64,000 bases of DNA from contig JBDSZL010000087.1 of NCBI GenBank assembly GCA_039925145.1, positions 50,222 through 114,221 on the forward strand. The letters are read 5' to 3'. The notes beneath the pieces were generated by a model. It did no database searches. It was given only the letters and a program-made list of their open reading frames with translations, and was not told where the DNA came from. A program made the translations under genes and the position numbers. Positions 59,106 to 64,000 of this stretch are shown here, piece after piece; the first letter of the stretch is position 1; every line of letters starts with the position of its first letter. The stretch is from Vicinamibacterales bacterium. Lineage in GTDB: Bacteria > Acidobacteriota > Vicinamibacteria > Vicinamibacterales > SCN-69-37.

Positions 59106-59912
59106 TCAGAGGAACCTCATGAACAGGTAGAACACGGGCGCCGCAAACAGGTGACTGTCGATGCGATCCAGCACGCCGCCGTGACCCGGAATCAACGTGG
59201 AGCTGTCCTTGACCCCCGCGCCGCGCTTGAGCATCGACTCGAACAGATCGCCCGTGATGCCGAACACGGCGAGCACGAGCGCCATGCCAGCAGCCTGTAC
59301 TACCGGGACGTCTGAAAGCCACCATGGCTGGAGCAACGCCCCCGCCGCAGCCGCGGCCACCAGGCCGCCGACCGCCCCCTCGCGTGTCTTGGCCGGGCTG
59401 ATGGTCGGAGCGAGACGTGTCTTTCCAAAACGACGTCCCGAGTAGTACTGCGCCGAGTCGCTGATGGCGATGATCGCGAGCATCCACAACGTCGCTTCGT
59501 AGCCGACGGCCCATTGCACCCAGACCATCGCGCCAAGGGGAAGACCGATGTAGGCCGGGCCCATCACCAGCACCGCCGCACGCGTCAGCGTGCCCGGGCC
59601 AGGAGGGGCCATGCTGAGGGTCACGCCCGCAGCGGCAATCGTGAGTGCCAGAAACGCGATACCGAGCACGCCGTGCGGCTCCCCCAACGTAAAACGGGCG
59701 TCTACGCCGAAGGCCACCACCATGAGAGCGGCACTCGCGCCCAGAAAGGCAGCGGGCACCGGCGCCCCGACGGCCGCCGAAAATCCGGCCAGCTCGGCAC
59801 CCGCGATCGCCGCCGCCACGCATGCCAGCACACCGGTGGCCCAGTACGGCAGAAGCCAGATGGTGACGACGACAAGCGTGAGCAGGACGGCCGCAGAAGC
59901 GAGACGGAGCAT
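59106..59912 (-). CDS. cdsA: Phosphatidate cytidylyltransferase
   Basis: SDSAQY, ISPAKT.EG, GDLFESMLKR..GVKDS, PGHGGVLDRIDS. Confidence 0.95.
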   Translation of the reverse strand: MLRLASAAVLLTLVVVTIWLLPYWATGVLACVAAAIAGAELAGFSAAVGAPVPAAFLGASAALMVVAFGVDARFTLGEPHGVLGIAFLALTIAAAGVTLSMAPPGPGTLTRAAVLVMGPAYIGLPLGAMVWVQWAVGYEATLWMLAIIAISDSAQYYSGRRFGKTRLAPTISPAKTREGAVGGLVAAAAAGALLQPWWLSDVPVVQAAGMALVLAVFGITGDLFESMLKRGAGVKDSSTLIPGHGGVLDRIDSHLFAAPVFYLFMRFL

Positions 59913-59937
59913 GGGGATGTGCGCCGCGGAGCCGGCG

Positions 59938-60729
59938 CTAGACCTTTGCCGTGCCGACGACGGGCGGAGGGATGGCGCCGTAGCGGCGATCCCGCCTCTG
60001 GTAGTCGATCAGCGCCTCCAGCAGATCGTGGAGCCGGAAGTCGGGCCAGAGTGCATCGGTCACCCAGATCTCCGCATAGGCGATCTGCCAGAGCAGAAAG
60101 TTGCTGACGCGCATTTCGCCGCTGGTCCGAATCAGCAAATCGGGATCGGGCTGACCCGCCGTGTACAGAAACGACTCGAACGTCGACTCATCCAGCTGAT
60201 CGGGATCGACCTGCTCGCGGATCGCACGCTTGGCCGCCTCGACGATCTCCGCCCGGCCGCCGTAACTCAGCGCGATGTTGAAGAGCATGCCGGTGTTCTC
60301 TGCCGTGCGCGCCTCTGCCATCTGGAGTTCGTTGCGGACCTCCGGGCTCAGACGCTCACGCTGTCCAAGGACATTGAAGCGGATGTTGTTCTTGAGGAGC
60401 GAGTTGAGCTCGATGCGGAGATAGTGCTTGAGCAGGCCCATGAGGGCAGACACTTCGGTATCGGGGCGCTTCCAGTTCTCGACCGAAAACGCGTAGAGCG
60501 TGAGAACCGGAATGCCGAGCCGCGCCGCGCTTTCGACCGCGCTGCGGACCGACGCGATACCGGCGCGGTGGCCTTCGACCCGCGGAAGGTTCCGGCTTTC
60601 GGCCCATCGGCCGTTGCCGTCCATGATGATGGCGACGTGCCGTGGCAGGCGGGTGAAATCAAGGCGGCGTACCAGCCCTTCCTCAGCGGACCCGGCAGGC
60701 ACGGCCGCCAGCATGTCGGCAAGAGCCAT
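59938..60729 (-). CDS. uppS: Undecaprenyl diphosphate synthase
   Basis: HVAIIMDGNGRWA, YAFSVENWKRP, LIRTSGEMRVSNFLLWQ. Confidence 0.96.
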   Translation of the reverse strand: MALADMLAAVPAGSAEEGLVRRLDFTRLPRHVAIIMDGNGRWAESRNLPRVEGHRAGIASVRSAVESAARLGIPVLTLYAFSVENWKRPDTEVSALMGLLKHYLRIELNSLLKNNIRFNVLGQRERLSPEVRNELQMAEARTAENTGMLFNIALSYGGRAEIVEAAKRAIREQVDPDQLDESTFESFLYTAGQPDPDLLIRTSGEMRVSNFLLWQIAYAEIWVTDALWPDFRLHDLLEALIDYQRRDRRYGAIPPPVVGTAKV

Positions 60730-60760
60730 GACGTCTGGCCAGAATCTTAGCAGCTATTCC

Positions 60761-61504
60761 CTAATACCTCACTTGGACCAGTGTCAGTCCGGCGGCCGGT
60801 GCCGTCGGTCCCGCCGCACTGCGGACGCGCGCGGCCAGGGCGTCGAGAACCGACTCCGGGGGTTTGAGACCACAGCCGACATCAACCAGCGTGCCCACCA
60901 GAATACGCACCATGTGCCGCAGGAAGCCGTCGCCGTCGACATGCACCGTGATGGTGCCCGGCGAGGCCCGGATGTCTACACGCGTGAGCGTGCGCACCCG
61001 GTCGAGCAGGAGTGACCCTCGCCCTTCGAACGAGGTGAAGTCGTGCGTGCCTGTGAAGTGCAGCGCCGCCTGCCGCATCAGCTCAGGGTCGCACGGACGA
61101 GGCATATGCCAGACGAACCACCGCTCGAACGGCAGCAGTACCCGGCCTGTCGCAATCTGGTAGCGGTACGACTTGCCGCGGGCGTCGTACTGCGCGTGGA
61201 ACGTCGGCGCCGCATCGGTGAGGTCCACGACCCGGACATCGGCCGGGAGGCGAATGTTCAACGCGCGCCACACCGAGGTCGCCGGCAAATCGAACGGCAC
61301 CCGGATGCTCGCAACCTGCCCAATCGCATGGACGCCGGCGTCGGTTCGGCCCGCACCTATGAGAACAGGCTCACTTCCCGTGCCGGCAAAGAGCGGACGG
61401 AACGCGCTTTCGACCACTTGCTGAATGGAGGCGCCGCTGGCCTGACGCTGCCATCCGACATAGTTCGTGCCGTCGTAGGCGAGGGTCAGCCTCAATGTCC
61501 GCAT
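60761..61504 (-). CDS. truA: tRNA pseudouridine(38-40) synthase
   Basis: YDGTNYVGWQ, GRTDAGVHA, GTHDF, GFLRHMVR, TAPAAGL. Confidence 0.96.
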   Translation of the reverse strand: MRTLRLTLAYDGTNYVGWQRQASGASIQQVVESAFRPLFAGTGSEPVLIGAGRTDAGVHAIGQVASIRVPFDLPATSVWRALNIRLPADVRVVDLTDAAPTFHAQYDARGKSYRYQIATGRVLLPFERWFVWHMPRPCDPELMRQAALHFTGTHDFTSFEGRGSLLLDRVRTLTRVDIRASPGTITVHVDGDGFLRHMVRILVGTLVDVGCGLKPPESVLDALAARVRSAAGPTAPAAGLTLVQVRY

Positions 61505-61520
61505 CGACTCGGTCGCTCAG

Positions 61521-62090
61521 TCAGGCGCGCGATCCAGGCTTCACGACCGGCTGGCCTGCCGCGCACATCGGACACTGCTCGGGACTGTAGGCCGGAACCG
61601 CCACCGCGGACAGCACGTGAAACGGCACCCCCAAATCCGCAGTGCCGCCACTGCGGTCCATGATCGCGCCGGCCGCCACGACCGTCGCCCCTCCTGCGGT
61701 CACGACGACCATGGTTTCCTTCGTCGACTTCCCCGTCGTGAGCACGTCCTCGATCACGACGACCCGGTCCCCCGCCTCCAGCGTAAATCCGCGGCGCATC
61801 GTCATGACGCCGTCGACCCGTTCCGAGAAGACGGCCCGCACGCCCAGAGCCCTGCCCACTTCGTGACCAATAATCAGGCCGCCCATGGCAGGCGACAACA
61901 CCACAGTGGGCTCGTACGGGCGGAGGGCGTCCGCGAGGGCGCGGCCGAGCAGCTCGGCGTGCCGCGGATGCTGCAGCACCAGCGCACACTGTAGGTATCG
62001 GGAGCTGTGCAGCCCCGACGAGAGTTTGAAGTGCCCCTCGAGCAGAGCTCCCGACTGTTGGAACAGATCAATGACGGTCGAGGGATCCAT
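61521..62090 (-). CDS. pyrE: Orotate phosphoribosyltransferase
   Basis: GHFKLSSGLHS..YLQC, VIEDVLTTGKS PRPP motif, KPGSR; real start is ATG 62090 (the ORF-track extension runs through the repeat). Confidence 0.94.
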   Translation of the reverse strand: MDPSTVIDLFQQSGALLEGHFKLSSGLHSSRYLQCALVLQHPRHAELLGRALADALRPYEPTVVLSPAMGGLIIGHEVGRALGVRAVFSERVDGVMTMRRGFTLEAGDRVVVIEDVLTTGKSTKETMVVVTAGGATVVAAGAIMDRSGGTADLGVPFHVLSAVAVPAYSPEQCPMCAAGQPVVKPGSRA

Positions 62091-62107
62091 GGGGGAAGTA
62101 TATAGAC

Positions 62108-62184
62108 GGCTCGGGGCTCGGGGCTCGGGGCTCGGGGCTTGGGGCTTGGGGCTTGGGCCTCGGGGCTTGGGGCTCGGGGCTTGG
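62108..62184. repeat. Tandem heptamer repeat (GGGGCTY) x10 plus partial units
   Basis: Ten full units at 62113-62182 (GGGGCTC/GGGGCTT, one GGGCCTC), between divergent genes. Confidence 0.95.
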
Positions 62185-62196
62185 TATATTCCATCG

Positions 62197-62973
62197 GTGC
62201 CGAAGCTGACCGTGACGGTCATCACCCTGAACGAGGCCGCCAACATCGATGCGTGCCTCGCCTCAGTGGTGTGGGCGGACGAAGTGCTGGTGGTCGACAG
62301 CGGCAGCGGCGATGGGACCGCCGATCGGGCGCGTGCCGCGGGGGCGCGCGTCATCGAGCGCGGGTGGCCTGGCTATTCGGCACAAAAGGACTTCGCGGCG
62401 GGCGAAGCGGCGCACGACTGGATTCTCTCGCTCGATGCAGACGAGCGGGTCACGCCGCCGCTGGCAGAGCAGATCAGGCACGAGCTGGCCGGAGAGCCCG
62501 CCGTGTCTGGATTCCGCATCCCTCGCGTGCCCTGGCATCTGGGACGCTGGATTCGTACCACCGACTGGTATCCCGATTACCAACTGCGCCTGTACGACCG
62601 CCGCCGGGCGCGCTGGAACGCCCGTACCGTTCACGAATCCGTCGAGGCAGCCCAGCCGGTCGGGACACTGACCGGTGAACTGCAGCACTTTGCCTATCGC
62701 GACGTGAGCCATCACCACGCGACGATCGATCGCTACACGACGCTTGCCGCCGAACAGATGCAGAAAGCCGGGCGGCGCGCCGGCATGGTCGATCTGCTTC
62801 TTCACCCACTCGCGGCGTTCCTGCGCAACTATCTGCTTCGGCGCGGGGTGCTCGACGGAGTCCCGGGCCTCATCATCTCGGTGATGAACGCCTATTACGT
62901 GTTCCTGAAGTTTGCAAAGCTCTGGGCGCTCCAGCACACCGCGGCCGGATCGATTCCCAGACGCCGCATGTAG
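62197..62973 (+). CDS. GT2 glycosyltransferase (LPS core beta-1,4-glucosyltransferase-like)
   Basis: ITLNE, VVDSGS.DGT, WPGYSAQK, LDADE, WYPD, VHE, GVLDG; GTG start. Confidence 0.9.
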   Translation: MPKLTVTVITLNEAANIDACLASVVWADEVLVVDSGSGDGTADRARAAGARVIERGWPGYSAQKDFAAGEAAHDWILSLDADERVTPPLAEQIRHELAGEPAVSGFRIPRVPWHLGRWIRTTDWYPDYQLRLYDRRRARWNARTVHESVEAAQPVGTLTGELQHFAYRDVSHHHATIDRYTTLAAEQMQKAGRRAGMVDLLLHPLAAFLRNYLLRRGVLDGVPGLIISVMNAYYVFLKFAKLWALQHTAAGSIPRRRM

Positions 62974-62983
62974 ATCCTCCGCC

Positions 62984-64000
62984 ATGCGCTCGCTCCACAT
63001 CGACACCGCGCGCAGCTGGCGTGGCGGACAGAACCAGGTGCGGCTGACCGTCGCTGGTCTCGCCGCCGCGGGCCATCCGGTCGTGCTGATGGCGCACGCC
63101 GACGGCGAGCTGCTCCGCCGCACCGCGGCCACGGTGCCTGTGGAGCCGTTCACGCCTCGCAGTGAGTTCGATGTGCAGGCGGCGTGGCGCCTGGGCGCGG
63201 TGCTCGACAGCTTCCAACCAGATGTCGTTCACGCGCACGACCCGATGGCCGTGGCCCTCGCTTCGATGGCGCTCCAAATGCGCAGCGCCACGCGCCCACT
63301 CCTGGTCGCCGCGCGGCGCGTCGATTTCCACCTGAAACGGCACGCCTTTTCAAAGTGGAAGTACCGGCAGGTCGACGTGTTTATCGCGGCGTCGCGACTG
63401 ATCGCGGCGATTCTCGAGCAGGATGGCATCGCGCCAACAAGCATCGAAATCGTCCACGACGGCGTCGACCTGCAGCAGATCGATCAGCAACCGCTCGTCG
63501 ACGCGCATGCCGCGTTCTGGCTCCCGCATGGCGCTCCGCTCGTGGGCAACGTGGCCGCGCTTGCGCCGCACAAGGGCCAACGCTACCTGGTGGCCGCCGC
63601 CGCGCGGGCCGTCCGCGAGTTACCAGACGCGCGCTTCCTGATCATCGGCGACGGCGACCTGCGCGGCTCCCTCGAGCATCAAATCAAGTCGCTGGGGCTC
63701 GAGCGCCACGTCTTTCTGACAGGCTTCAGAGGCGATGTGATTGGACTGATGAAGTCCCTGGATCTATTCGTGATGAGCTCGGTCACCGAAGGGCTGGGCT
63801 CGGCCATCCTCGAGGCGATGGCGTGCGAACGTGCCGTGGTGGGCACCCATACCGGCGGAATCCCCGAGGCCGTGCTGCACGAACGAACAGGCCTCCTCGT
63901 CCCACCACATGACGAGACCGCACTCGCCGACGCGATGGTCCGTCTGCTACGCGATCCGGCGTTGCGGCAGAGCCTCGGCACAGAAGGACGCGTGCGTGTC
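62984..64000 (+). CDS. GT4 glycosyltransferase, 3'-truncated (absent from the ORF track)
   Basis: Read from the sequence: MRSLHIDTARSWRGGQNQV..., HAHD, HKGQ, IIGDG, SSVTEGLGSAILEAMAC, GGIPE; open to the window end. Confidence 0.9.
   Translation, partial: MRSLHIDTARSWRGGQNQVRLTVAGLAAAGHPVVLMAHADGELLRRTAATVPVEPFTPRSEFDVQAAWRLGAVLDSFQPDVVHAHDPMAVALASMALQMRSATRPLLVAARRVDFHLKRHAFSKWKYRQVDVFIAASRLIAAILEQDGIAPTSIEIVHDGVDLQQIDQQPLVDAHAAFWLPHGAPLVGNVAALAPHKGQRYLVAAAARAVRELPDARFLIIGDGDLRGSLEHQIKSLGLERHVFLTGFRGDVIGLMKSLDLFVMSSVTEGLGSAILEAMACERAVVGTHTGGIPEAVLHERTGLLVPPHDETALADAMVRLLRDPALRQSLGTEGRVRV

Noticed and set aside
62091-62354. PSPKPQAPSPEPR-type repeat peptide extensions on the pyrE and GT2 ORFs
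   Set aside because: Artefact of translating the heptamer repeat; the real starts are 62090 (-) and 62197 (+)

Overview
High-GC bacterial chromosomal segment, most likely from Acidobacteriota, possibly Vicinamibacteria (an inference from the VWA-domain pair, gene content and composition). I found no mobile elements, CRISPR arrays, rRNA or tRNA genes. The first ~21 kb is a cell-envelope glycosylation region: two radical SAM enzymes (one SPASM/twitch, one B12-binding), a polyprenol-phosphate sugar synthase, several GT-C membrane glycosyltransferases, a methyltransferase, a GNAT, a deacetylase, a GT4, murJ and a rhomboid protease. The rest is mostly housekeeping: fused E1 dehydrogenase, typA, an Fo-only atp cluster, cobA-hemD, ABC-F, M16 peptidases, IDH, lipid acyltransferases, ProDH, CCA enzyme, infA with a DEAD helicase, GH15, transketolase, glk, the pyrE-truA-uppS-cdsA-dxr-rseP run, and two LPS-type glycosyltransferases. 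The best leads are: (1) an unannotated ~75-nt candidate sRNA at ~10370-10445 with an ECF-sigma-type promoter, an exposed anti-SD/anti-AUG tract and a strong terminator; (2) a BRCT-wHTH-TPR protein with two candidate beta-clamp motifs; (3) the radical-SAM/GT-C sugar-tailoring cluster; (4) a tandem YjbQ-fold protein with complementary motif loss; (5) a G-rich heptamer array between two divergent, apparently leaderless promoters. All family calls come from motif recognition by eye; no database searches were run.
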